From: Nitrosopumilus sp. | Lineage (GTDB): Archaea > Thermoproteota > Nitrososphaeria > Nitrososphaerales > Nitrosopumilaceae | Reading direction: 5' to 3' | DNA length: 64,000 bases | NCBI GenBank assembly: GCA_965206745.1 | Contig: OZ242220.1 | Span: 192,001-256,000, forward strand | Shown here: positions 41,388 through 50,922 of the stretch, one piece after another | Position numbering within the stretch: the stretch's first letter is position 1 | Layout of the letters: each line of letters opens with the position of its first letter | Program-made: the position numbers and the translations under genes | The notes under the pieces: generated by a model | The model's database searches: none | Seen by the model: only the letters and a program-made list of their open reading frames with translations | Told to the model about the DNA's origin: nothing

Positions 41388-42571
41388 TCAAAAATGTCAG
41401 TGTATTGTCCGGTCAGAACTTGGACTTTGTTGCAGACTCTAATGTCAGAATCCAAAACAAACAATTTGCAAAAATTTCACCAAACATCAAACCAAATGCA
41501 AAAGAGGAATCCCTTGACTGTCAGGGACTGCTATTAATGCCTGGATTCATCAATGCCCACACGCATATTGGAGATTCCATAGGAAAAGACATTTCTCTAA
41601 ACAGGACAGTTGATCAAAGAATTCATCCCGTGTTTGGCGCCAAATCAAAGATTCTGAAAAATACCTCAAATGAGAACTTGGGAAATTTTATGAAAAACAC
41701 GTGCCACTCGATGCTTGGGAAGGGAATCACCACTTTTGTTGATTTTCGAGAAGGTGGCCTAGGCGGAGTGTTATTACTAAAAAAGGTGCTAAGGGATGTA
41801 CCCCTGCGTTCGATCATTTTAGGGCGGATGGAATTTTACCAGAATTCTCAAGAAATTAGAAAAAATTCAGCCTTTCCGAGGACAAAATCCTCTGAACTGC
41901 TAGCATTAGTGAAGGAATGTGACGGCATCGGCATTAGTGGGGCAAATGAAAACAGTGCCTCTGTCCTGAATCGTTACTCCAAGACATCGAAGATCAGGGC
42001 AATCCACTCTGCTGAAACCAAACAGAGCACTGCCCAATCAAAGAAAGTTACTGGAAAATCAGAGACAGAAAGGGCACTAGCCATGAGGCCTGATTTTCTG
42101 GTTCATATGACTTTTGCCTCAAAGTCTGATCTTCAAATTGCATCCAAAAAAATAAGGGGCATCGTGGTTTGCCCCCGAGCCAATTCGTCTCTTGCAGAAG
42201 GGATTCCCGACATCGAGTTGATGCAAAAATCTGGATGCCTTTTAGCTTTGGGCACAGACAACGTGATGATAAACTCTCCGGACATGTTTAGGGAAATGGA
42301 TTTTATCTGGAAGGCAACTATGGGGTTGCACAAAAAAAGAATCAGTCCAAAGGAAGTTCTCAAGATGGCCACAGTCAACGGTGGAAAAATTCTGAATAAA
42401 AACATTGGATGCATTGAATCTGGCAAGCTTGCTGACTGCATATTTTTGGACAAGCATGCACTGGATTTGGAACCGATGCACGATCCGTACGCATCAATTG
42501 TTCACAGGGCATCCGAGTCTGCAATAAAAGCTGTAATGATAGGGGGGAAGATCGTTCATGGAAAAATCTAG
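41381..42571 (+). CDS. Metal-dependent amidohydrolase (deaminase-like) inside the riboflavin operon
   Basis: PGFINAHTH, IHSAE, VH, CPRAN, LGTDN, GKLAD. Confidence 0.85.
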   Translation: MLIKNVSVLSGQNLDFVADSNVRIQNKQFAKISPNIKPNAKEESLDCQGLLLMPGFINAHTHIGDSIGKDISLNRTVDQRIHPVFGAKSKILKNTSNENLGNFMKNTCHSMLGKGITTFVDFREGGLGGVLLLKKVLRDVPLRSIILGRMEFYQNSQEIRKNSAFPRTKSSELLALVKECDGIGISGANENSASVLNRYSKTSKIRAIHSAETKQSTAQSKKVTGKSETERALAMRPDFLVHMTFASKSDLQIASKKIRGIVVCPRANSSLAEGIPDIELMQKSGCLLALGTDNVMINSPDMFREMDFIWKATMGLHKKRISPKEVLKMATVNGGKILNKNIGCIESGKLADCIFLDKHALDLEPMHDPYASIVHRASESAIKAVMIGGKIVHGKI

Positions 42572-43214
42572 ACCGCATGTTATTCTGAGTGCGGCAATAT
42601 CAATTGATGGAAAGATTGCCACTAGAAGAGGGGACTCGAAGCTTTCTTCCACTGAAGATCTCCGCAGGCTGCATAGACTGAGAGCAAAAGTGGATGCGAT
42701 ACTTGTTGGAAAAAACACGCTGATGCGTGACGATCCTCTGTTAACTGTACGCCATGCCAGGGGAAAGAATCCAACCCGAATAATTTTGGATTCCAAAGGT
42801 GAAATTCCCTCAACTTCCAAAATACTGCAGACGTCTTCTAGTGTTCCAACAATTATAGCCGTCTCAAAAAAAATTACAAAATCCAACCGTCAGAAACTCA
42901 AGGAATTTCCAGTTGAGGTGATTGTAACCGGGGAAAGGTCTGTAAACATAAAGTCCCTGCTAAAAAAACTTTTAGAAAAAAAAATCGGCACAATTCTTGT
43001 TGAAGGCGGGGGAACCGTCAACTGGGAATTTATCAGGCAAAATCTGTTTGACGAGTTAATCATCACCATTTCTCCGTTTGTCACGGGAGGGGGCCATTCG
43101 ATATCATTTGTTCAGGGTGACGGGTTTGATAAAATTTCCAAATCCCCCAATCTGCTGCTCAAATCCGTCAAGAGGCTTAAAAGCCATCTCGTTTTAAATT
43201 ATCAAAAAGTGTAA
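42558..43214 (+). CDS. arfC: 2,5-diamino-6-ribosylamino-4(3H)-pyrimidinone 5'-phosphate reductase (RibD C-terminal domain)
   Basis: AISIDGKIA, DAILVGKNT..DDPLLTVR, LVEGGG. Confidence 0.9.
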   Translation: MEKSRPHVILSAAISIDGKIATRRGDSKLSSTEDLRRLHRLRAKVDAILVGKNTLMRDDPLLTVRHARGKNPTRIILDSKGEIPSTSKILQTSSSVPTIIAVSKKITKSNRQKLKEFPVEVIVTGERSVNIKSLLKKLLEKKIGTILVEGGGTVNWEFIRQNLFDELIITISPFVTGGGHSISFVQGDGFDKISKSPNLLLKSVKRLKSHLVLNYQKV

Positions 43215-43250
43215 GTTCTTATACTTTATTCAAAATAAAATTACAAGAAA

Positions 43251-43508
43251 TTGGCAGTAAAAAAGAAAACTACAACAAAAAAGAAAGTGGCTCCAAAAAA
43301 GAAAGCAGCTCCAAAAAAGAAAGCGGCTCCAAAAAAGAAAGCAACTAAATCAAAAGGCAAGAAACCGGCATTTGGCGGATATGCAATCAGTTTTGCAGGA
43401 TGTTCTGAAACAGTGGAACAGGTATTTGGCAAGAAACCGATTGCACCAAGCGAAATGACCAAAAAGATTTGGGCATTTGTAAAAGCAAATAGTCTTTCTA
43501 ATCGTTAA
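43251..43508 (+). CDS. Small basic SWIB/MDM2-like protein with histone-H1-like KKKAAP tail
   Basis: KKKVAPKKKAAPKKKAAP followed by EQVFGKKPIAPSEMTKKIWAFVKANSL. Confidence 0.75.
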   Translation: MAVKKKTTTKKKVAPKKKAAPKKKAAPKKKATKSKGKKPAFGGYAISFAGCSETVEQVFGKKPIAPSEMTKKIWAFVKANSLSNR

Positions 43509-43603
43509 GCCCAAACATGTTAGCGAGCAACCGTTAACTAATTTCTATCTTTTAATTATTTTTTTAAAAATAAACAAGATATAGATATCGGGTTTGATTC
43601 CAA

Positions 43604-44173
43604 ATGATCATGTCCACTGCATCACTAAGACGCGATCATGAATTGATAGAAAAAGTCGTCAAGGCCATGGAATCCACACTTCAGTTACTAAATGACGGCA
43701 AACAGATACCCGAGTCAATTTTACTGCCGGTAATTGACTTTTCAAAAAACTTTACAGACGTCTGTCATCACAGCAAGGAAGAGAAATCACTGTTCCCCGC
43801 ACTAGAGCAGGCCGGCTTGCCCACTAACATGGGACCTATTGCCATGATGCTAGTTGATCATCAGCGTTCACGGGAAATTGGCGTTGCAATGGAGGTCTCT
43901 GCAAGGGAATATCTTTCATCAGGAGACTCGACAAAACTAGTTAGTGACATGCAACAGTATGTCGAACATATCACCGAGCACCTGTGGAAGGAAAACAACA
44001 AGCTGTTCGTGATGGCAGAGGCAAGACTGCAACATGTTTCGGAAAAGGTTGACAAGGAACTCGTTGAAATTGAGAAATCCAAACTTGACGAGGTTGGAAA
44101 AACCAGGGAACACTATGAGCAGCTGGCTGAAAATCTTACAAGGGATGTATCCCGGCAGGGTGATCAGATGTGA
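43604..44173 (+). CDS. Hemerythrin/HHE domain protein
   Basis: DH..I, HHSKEE.LFP, DH, HLWKEN..LF. Confidence 0.9.
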   Translation: MIMSTASLRRDHELIEKVVKAMESTLQLLNDGKQIPESILLPVIDFSKNFTDVCHHSKEEKSLFPALEQAGLPTNMGPIAMMLVDHQRSREIGVAMEVSAREYLSSGDSTKLVSDMQQYVEHITEHLWKENNKLFVMAEARLQHVSEKVDKELVEIEKSKLDEVGKTREHYEQLAENLTRDVSRQGDQM

Positions 44174-44472
44174 CGCACAGCATGTTTGGTCAAGTGAGAG
44201 CCGTAAGAAAGTTCGTTAACGGGGATGTTGAAATTGACTTTTACCATGAGGACGGGGTCACCACCTACACGCATTCCTCAGATCCCGGCAGGCTGGGAAA
44301 TATGCCCAAGGAACTAGCTGAGACTCTGGCATCTGCACTATCTGATGATATCTGCATTGAGATCTTCTTTGGGGATGATGGAAATCCCACATATGTCGAA
44401 TTGGAGGAATGTGATGATCCGGATGATGATCTTGAAGAAGAAGAATTTGATGAGGATTCAGAGTCCTCTTGA
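44170..44472 (+). CDS. Acidic hypothetical protein
   Basis: Start overlaps the hemerythrin stop codon; D/E-rich tail. Confidence 0.65.
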   Translation: MTHSMFGQVRAVRKFVNGDVEIDFYHEDGVTTYTHSSDPGRLGNMPKELAETLASALSDDICIEIFFGDDGNPTYVELEECDDPDDDLEEEEFDEDSESS

Positions 44473-44485
44473 CATCCAAAGTAGC

Positions 44486-45877
44486 CTATTCAACGTAGTG
44501 ATGATGTGTCAAGTTGTCGTAAAATCTGACTGATTTCAAATTCACAAACTCTAGCATCCCGTATCTTGATAGTTCCCTTCCAAACCCGCTGTGCTTTATC
44601 CCGCCAAATGGAATCCGCGGATCCGAAATTACGACATTATTGACACTTACTATTCCCGATTCAATCCGTCTGGACATCTTGTCTGCCTTGGCAAGATCCT
44701 TTGTCCATATGCTTGCACCCAAACCGAATTCGCTCTCATTGGCCAGTTTTACAGCCTCGCTCTCGTTTTCAACAACTGTGATTGGAGCTATCGGTCCAAA
44801 CGTCTCCTCCTGCGCGATTCTCATGTTCGGCTTTACGTTTCTAAGGATTGTTGGCTTGTAAAAGTATCCGTCTCCCTCTATCTGGAATCCCCCCAAAAGT
44901 ATTTCGGCACCCTTCTCCTTTGCATCCTCGACGATTCCAGAGATCGTCTCCAAGCCTTCCTTGCTTGACAGCGGCCCGATATCAGTCTGCATCGACATCG
45001 GATCCCCTATTTTTAGCTGGGATGTTTTTTTGATAAATGACTCGATAAACTCGTCTGCAATATTTTTTCCAACAAAAAACCTCTTTGATGCCACGCAGCT
45101 CTGTCCGCAGTTGATGAATCTGCCCTTAACTGCGCCCTCTGCCGCATTTTCAATGATTGCATCATCTAGCACTATGAATGGATCACTGCCGCCTAGCTCC
45201 AAGACGCATTTTTTCAGATTCCTGGCTGCCCTCTCACCGACCTTTGCGCCTGCATTGGTGCTGCCGGTAAAAGTGACTGCGCTAACCTCAGAATCTATCA
45301 GATGGTTTGCAGACTCTACGCTTCCTACCAGCGTCTGAAAGATGCCGTCAGGCATTCCCGACTCGGTAAATGCCTTTTCAATCTCAATTCCAGACTGCAT
45401 TGTCACCCTAGATGGCTTCATGACAATCACGTTTCCTGCCATCAGACAGGGGGCTGCAAATCTTAATGCCTGCCAGTAGGGAAAATTCCATGGCATAATT
45501 GAGCCTATGACCCCGAGTGGCTCAAAAGTCAGAAAGCTCTTTCTTGCATCCGTGTTCAACACTTCATCAGAGAGAAAGCTATCCCCGTGATCAGCATAAA
45601 ATTCCAAAGCCCATGCACATTTTTCAACCTCCCCAATGGATTCCTTGAGCGGCTTGCCCATCTCAGCTGTAGCCACTTTTGCAAGTTCTGTTTTGTTCCT
45701 CTTTAGATGTTCTACCAAGTTGTAAATGTAACTTCTACGCTTTTCATAATCCTTCTTCCATTCCGGATATGCCCTTTTTGCCTTTCCCACCAAATCAAAC
45801 ACCTGACTCTTCTCCATTGATGAGTAAGTTGCAAGGTCTTTGCCTGTGGACGGGTTTACCGTGGTAATTTGATTCAA
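44486..45877 (-). CDS. NAD(P)-dependent aldehyde dehydrogenase (succinate-semialdehyde dehydrogenase-like)
   Basis: MPWNFP, FTGS, LELGGSDP, GQSC, EETFGP, PFGGIKHSG. Confidence 0.93.
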   Translation of the reverse strand: MNQITTVNPSTGKDLATYSSMEKSQVFDLVGKAKRAYPEWKKDYEKRRSYIYNLVEHLKRNKTELAKVATAEMGKPLKESIGEVEKCAWALEFYADHGDSFLSDEVLNTDARKSFLTFEPLGVIGSIMPWNFPYWQALRFAAPCLMAGNVIVMKPSRVTMQSGIEIEKAFTESGMPDGIFQTLVGSVESANHLIDSEVSAVTFTGSTNAGAKVGERAARNLKKCVLELGGSDPFIVLDDAIIENAAEGAVKGRFINCGQSCVASKRFFVGKNIADEFIESFIKKTSQLKIGDPMSMQTDIGPLSSKEGLETISGIVEDAKEKGAEILLGGFQIEGDGYFYKPTILRNVKPNMRIAQEETFGPIAPITVVENESEAVKLANESEFGLGASIWTKDLAKADKMSRRIESGIVSVNNVVISDPRIPFGGIKHSGFGRELSRYGMLEFVNLKSVRFYDNLTHHHYVE

Positions 45878-45931
45878 GATCTTACAAAAACCCCTCTCTT
45901 ATTTATTCTAGTGACCTGCTTTTCAACCCAA

Positions 45932-46447
45932 TCAAAACGTCTGCTGCATGTCCTTTTTGATCTCGTCAATCTTCTTCTGATATGCCTTTTTGGACTTGTC
46001 GTTCTTTTTTAGATTCAATACGTTCTGGCATGATGGGCATTTGAACATCCCGTCAAGCGCATTCTCAAATGTCACCCTTGGACAGTCTTCGTTTCCACAG
46101 TGATAAAAGTCCGAGGCATTTTCATAGTCGAGTCTCTGCTGCAGTCTCTCGTCAATCTTTTTCTTTTGATTTTCAATAAAATGCTCCACCTCCTCCCTCC
46201 GGGTTCTCCATCTGTAGACAAACCATCCCTTCCTTTCGTCCTTGACCCTGATTCCAGTAATGAGGGATTTTCCAAAGAGATCATACAATACTCTTCTTAC
46301 CATGTTGATTCTAAGGCCTGTAGAACTGGCAATCTCCTCGTCAGTTGCATCCTCTGCCTTTAGAAGAGATCTTGCCACTTTGAGATATTCGTCCCCTCCA
46401 ATCATTGAAGCAATTCTAACAAAAGGATCCTCGTATTTGTCTACCAA
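45932..46447 (-). CDS. tfe: Transcription factor E (TFIIE alpha homologue)
   Basis: TDEEIA..RRVLYDL, GWFVYRW, Zn ribbon FKCPSC. Confidence 0.93.
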   Translation of the reverse strand: MVDKYEDPFVRIASMIGGDEYLKVARSLLKAEDATDEEIASSTGLRINMVRRVLYDLFGKSLITGIRVKDERKGWFVYRWRTRREEVEHFIENQKKKIDERLQQRLDYENASDFYHCGNEDCPRVTFENALDGMFKCPSCQNVLNLKKNDKSKKAYQKKIDEIKKDMQQTF

Positions 46448-46473
46448 CTCTAATGACTTCTGACTTTCTACTA

Positions 46474-47019
46474 TTAATCCCTTGTTTCTTTTACTTGGAC
46501 GTTTTTCCCGTTTTTAGTAGGAATTATCTTTCGTTTTGCATTGGGAAACTCTTTTTCAAATTGCTTGCCTCCCTGAATACGATCCAAAAGAATTGCCAAG
46601 GCACTGATCTCTGAATGAGGCTGACTTCCCACCCCCACGTTGTAATCTGCCAACTCGTAGATCTCCCTGGGAACTTTTTCGGCCCCTACAACAACTAGCA
46701 GATTCTCCTCGCCCTGAATGTCCCCTTGAACATCATTGATGCTCTGGCCATACATCGAGAGATGAACAACCTTGAATCCTTTCTTCTTCTTCTCCTTTAC
46801 GACTGTTTTCCATTTTTCAATGAACTCGACCTCAAAATTACCTCCCCACGTGCCGTTGATCTTTTCTATGGTGTCCTTGATTTCCGGATTTACCTCCGTC
46901 ATGTAGATCCGTCCTGCACCAAACCCCCTGGAGACAAGCGCAACATGTGTAGTCACCCTGTCATCCCTTACAAGACGCTGTCCAATTCTGACTATCTCAA
47001 TTACCAAATGTTTTATCAA
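46474..47019 (-). CDS. trm56: tRNA (cytidine56-2'-O)-methyltransferase
   Basis: [32 protein letters not shown]; true start may lie a few codons downstream. Confidence 0.93.
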   Translation of the reverse strand: MIKHLVIEIVRIGQRLVRDDRVTTHVALVSRGFGAGRIYMTEVNPEIKDTIEKINGTWGGNFEVEFIEKWKTVVKEKKKKGFKVVHLSMYGQSINDVQGDIQGEENLLVVVGAEKVPREIYELADYNVGVGSQPHSEISALAILLDRIQGGKQFEKEFPNAKRKIIPTKNGKNVQVKETRD

Positions 47020-48118
47020 CTCCCCCCCATGCGTTATTCTTCGGCCTGTGAAAGCCCTGACTGGCTACAATCCCCTTGATCAACTCTTTTAACTGCTTGA
47101 TGTTTTTTCCAGTCTTTGCAGAAACAGAGACCAGCTTTTTATTTTCAGTCAAGTTGAGGAACTCTACCTTCCGATTAATCTCCTTATCCTCTAGCAAGTC
47201 TGATTTGTTTAGGGCATAAACTATCTTGTCCTGCTCCACCCCCAACTCGTTTAGCGTCCTCATGCAACTGGAAAATTTCTTTTTCAACTCAGAAATCGAA
47301 TCATTGATATCGATTACCAGGATGATCACGTCCGTGTATGCCAGCTCCTCTAGTGTTGACTTGAATGCGTCAATCATGTATGCAGGCAACTTGCTGATAA
47401 AACCAACCGTATCTGCAATTAGAAATGGCTCTTGATCAATCATCAGTCTCCGCGTGGTTGTCGTCAGAGTTGTAAACAGCTCCTCGCTTTGGGCCTTTGT
47501 CTCGCCCGTAGTTTTGTTAAACAGCGTCGTCTTTCCTGCAGAAGTATAGCCTGCAAGCGATATCGTCTTGAATCCCATCCTCTTTCTTCCCTGCCTGTGA
47601 AGCTCCCTCTGTTTTCCAGCCTTTTCAAGCTTTGATCTTATTGTCTGCATCCTGTGCTTGATGTCGTTATAGTATACGTCGACTTCGAATTTTCCTATTC
47701 CCATGAATCCGGGCTGTTCCCCAATATTTGCAAGCCTGACCTTCTCTTTGGCCCTTGTCATCTCATATCTTAACTGCGCTAGTTTCACCTGTAACTTTGA
47801 TTCTGCACTTGATGCTCTGCTTTCAAAGATTTCAAGAATCAATGCCTCCCTGTCTAACACCTCCCTGTGTAGTTCTGTAGCAAGATTATAGTTTTGACTT
47901 GGTTTTAGAATCTCATCGAAGATGATTACATCCGGTCTTAGCTTCTCTGCGATCTCTTCTAGCTGCTCTAGTGCTCCTCCGCTGATTCCATACTTTGGCT
48001 TCTGGAGGTAATCCTGCTTGATGATGTGGACCACCTCGTATCCTGCCGCACCACACAGCCCCTTGGCCTCATTTATCGAGTCTTCTTGGTCATATGTGAT
48101 TAAAATTGCAGAATTCAT
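46997..48118 (-). CDS. hflX: GTPase HflX
   Basis: [36 protein letters not shown]. Confidence 0.95.
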   Translation of the reverse strand: MNSAILITYDQEDSINEAKGLCGAAGYEVVHIIKQDYLQKPKYGISGGALEQLEEIAEKLRPDVIIFDEILKPSQNYNLATELHREVLDREALILEIFESRASSAESKLQVKLAQLRYEMTRAKEKVRLANIGEQPGFMGIGKFEVDVYYNDIKHRMQTIRSKLEKAGKQRELHRQGRKRMGFKTISLAGYTSAGKTTLFNKTTGETKAQSEELFTTLTTTTRRLMIDQEPFLIADTVGFISKLPAYMIDAFKSTLEELAYTDVIILVIDINDSISELKKKFSSCMRTLNELGVEQDKIVYALNKSDLLEDKEINRKVEFLNLTENKKLVSVSAKTGKNIKQLKELIKGIVASQGFHRPKNNAWGGVDKTFGN

Positions 48119-48177
48119 CCTAACTCATTCCAGTCGAATCCAAGTAAAATGTATTGGGTATATTTTGGCAGTTCATC

Positions 48178-49218
48178 CTATTTTTTTAACGTTTTTTCTA
48201 TATTCATGTTCAAAACTATTTCAGCAATGTCACTGGCGTACTCAGAGACCCTTCTGATATTCTCAGTCATTCTCCGTATCCTGTAAACCTCCTCATCGTC
48301 TTTTAACGATTTTGAGGCATCCCTTACCTTCTTCTCAAATTTTGCAATCTCCTCAATCTTTGTAATCGTCTTTTCTGCCTGATTGTAATCCTCTTTGAAT
48401 AGTGCAAGGCATGAATCATCTAAAACAGAGAGGCAGAACTCGTTCATTTCCTGCAGTTTCTGCAAAATCTCCTTCTTTACAGGTTTCTTAAACTCCAATA
48501 GATCCTTGGCAATGAATGCCGCGTGATCTCCTGTCCTCTCTATGTTTTTCACAACGAGTCTATATCCCAGACAGTTCCTGGAATTCCTAAAACCCATCTC
48601 CTTTAGCATGTGCTCGTTCTGAATTGCAATCTTTAGCTGTCGAATAATGTAGAATCCAAACCTGTCTACTTCATCGTCTGTATTGATGACCTCCTGGGCC
48701 AGTTCCAAATTATTCTCCTTTACGGCCAGGATTGCATCACTTGACATTGATTTTGCCAGGTGAATCATCCTCTTGAAGGCCCCGTCCACTGATAACTCCA
48801 ACAGATTGACAAGAACCTGTACTGTGATCCCCGCACTGGAATCTGCGATTATCTCCGAACCCATCAGCATTCGCTTCACTGCCTCCTTGACGGTGTTTCT
48901 TTGATGCGCACTCAGTCTGCCGTTTTTTGGTTTTACGTTGATTGTCTTGAACCCTAAAAAGTACAATGAAATTAACTTTCTGACTATCGAGGATGACTCT
49001 GCCTCCTCACCAATCTCTATGACTGCATCCTCTTTTTTTGGAATTCGAGACTCAAATTTTGGCGGATAAAGCTCCAATGTTGAGGAGCCTTTTCGAACCA
49101 TTCTAATTTGATCCCCCTGCTTGAGGCCTAACTCCATAACCCACTGCTTTGGCAATGAGACTATGTATGATGATTTTCCGGTAAACTGAATCTTTCTAGT
49201 CTCTTCCCCGTTCTCCAT
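48178..49218 (-). CDS. AbrB-domain PhoU-family phosphate uptake regulator
   Basis: RKIQFTGKSSYIVSLPKQW, DDEVDRF, ERTGDHA. Confidence 0.9.
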   Translation of the reverse strand: MENGEETRKIQFTGKSSYIVSLPKQWVMELGLKQGDQIRMVRKGSSTLELYPPKFESRIPKKEDAVIEIGEEAESSSIVRKLISLYFLGFKTINVKPKNGRLSAHQRNTVKEAVKRMLMGSEIIADSSAGITVQVLVNLLELSVDGAFKRMIHLAKSMSSDAILAVKENNLELAQEVINTDDEVDRFGFYIIRQLKIAIQNEHMLKEMGFRNSRNCLGYRLVVKNIERTGDHAAFIAKDLLEFKKPVKKEILQKLQEMNEFCLSVLDDSCLALFKEDYNQAEKTITKIEEIAKFEKKVRDASKSLKDDEEVYRIRRMTENIRRVSEYASDIAEIVLNMNIEKTLKK

Positions 49219-49310
49219 AATCTAAAGGAAAAATTCTATTCTATATAGTTTGATCCTTGCAATATAGACTTGCATTGAACTAATATTTAGAAAAAATTCT
49301 GCTACGAGTA

Positions 49311-49784
49311 TTGGATCATGTGATTAAACTGCGGCACTCCCTTGATGCCCTGTTTGGAGGCGGCACATCAAAACTACTGCCAAAGGATGCTGAGATGACT
49401 TTTTCCAGAAAGACTGGCAGGATAAGAACAGTATCTCACAAGGGCGAGCTTCTCTGTACTTTGAGAATTGACGGGAGCCTGGCCATCAGCGTTCATTTTG
49501 CTCAGATGCTGTTGAAGAATAAAGGATTCAAGGAAAACTGCATTGAGATAAATTCTGACGCTGCCCCGTTTGTTGAGCAAGGCAGATCCGTATTTTGCAA
49601 GCATGTTGTCTCATGTGGAAAAAATGTCCGGATATCTGCAGACACTCCCGTATTATTCAAAAACAAGATAGTCGCAGTTGGCAGGGCACTCTTATCATCT
49701 GAGATGATCCCTGATTTTGATAGGGGCGTGGCCATAAAGGTCAGAGATAGTTTAAAAAGTCGTAATGAGGAGATAACATCATGA
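49311..49784 (+). CDS. PUA-domain RNA-binding protein (archaeosine TGT C-terminal-like)
   Basis: SRKTGRIR, GRSVFCKHV, AVGRALLS, GVAIKVR. Confidence 0.8.
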   Translation: MDHVIKLRHSLDALFGGGTSKLLPKDAEMTFSRKTGRIRTVSHKGELLCTLRIDGSLAISVHFAQMLLKNKGFKENCIEINSDAAPFVEQGRSVFCKHVVSCGKNVRISADTPVLFKNKIVAVGRALLSSEMIPDFDRGVAIKVRDSLKSRNEEITS

Positions 49785-50125
49785 TGCGAGGAGGAAACCG
49801 CGAGATGCGAAGAATGATGGACAAGGTAGGCATGGACATGAATGAACTGCCCAACGTCCAGGAGGTAATAATCAAAACCGACAAAAAGGAGATCATTATC
49901 TCAAAACCTTCTGTTACTGAAATGAAAGGCAAGGACGACAATTCCACCTTCATAGTAACTGCTGACAGCTATGAGGAGAGAGAACTAGAGGTCCCAATCT
50001 TCTCTGAGGAGGATATCCAGCTTGTTAGCCAGCAGGCAGGAGTTGATGAAGAAAAGGCCAAAAATGCTTTAGAGGAGGCCAAAGGCGATCTTGCACGAGC
50101 CATACTGCTTTTAACGACAGGATAG
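49781..50125 (+). CDS. nac: Nascent polypeptide-associated complex protein
   Basis: MRRMMDKVG, EVII, C-terminal UBA EDIQLVSQQAGV..GDLARAIL. Confidence 0.93.
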   Translation: MMRGGNREMRRMMDKVGMDMNELPNVQEVIIKTDKKEIIISKPSVTEMKGKDDNSTFIVTADSYEERELEVPIFSEEDIQLVSQQAGVDEEKAKNALEEAKGDLARAILLLTTG

Positions 50126-50262
50126 TCTGGGAATCATCTGTGTGACTAGAGATGAACGGTTTGGCAACATGTCTTGATCTTAAATTATTCTTTATTTTCC
50201 ATATTCGTTGCAATGATTTCAAACAAGTGATTATACATGATTAACTTGGCTAGTCTCAAATA

Positions 50263-50483
50263 TCGTATGAGGCTTGGCCTGTTCTCACAATCTTGCCGAC
50301 AAGCATCATGATCCATTAACTGTGACCATACATTACAGTGATACAGTGCAGACGACCTGCAAACAGGGGATCTTGAGATTACCGTGCAAAAGCTCAACGA
50401 TACCATAATACAAACTAGTACAAAGATGGAACAGGATCATTGCAATGGTTATACAGTTACCAAGATAAATTATCATGAAAATC
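50263..50483 (+). mobile_element. Second IS66-like remnant
   Basis: Colinear with the reverse complement of ~29175-29412 (ttctcacaatctt..gatccattaa..gaccatacattacagt..gtgcaaaagctca..ccaagataaatta), with frameshifts. Confidence 0.6.
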
Positions 50484-50922
50484 TGGCTTTATGACCTGCA
50501 TCTATACATGGAGGACACACGGGAAAAGCGTTGTAGATGAGGCTATGGCTGGGATTTGGCAGAAGGTGTGTTATCAATAAACCTTGCAGACATACTTGAA
50601 ATAAAAATGAAAAATGCATTTAGATAATGTGTCCGTATCCACATCAGCCCCTGATTTCCCATCACAGATGGTCCAGAGGGTTCGGATACGGCAGACATGT
50701 ACAAAGTATTGTACAATATGTAATGATATTATCTATTATAACATATTATTGGTTTGAGGTATTTATACTTAGAATCAGATATGTGTCCATTTTGGAAAAT
50801 CTATTAATATTTCTCACATCAGGCAATTTAGCCAAATTTATAAAATCAAATTTTACCCCATGTTCTTCTCATCAGATCCTAGCTTCGCCCTGCTTTAATA
50901 CCATAGATCTTACAAATTTGCT

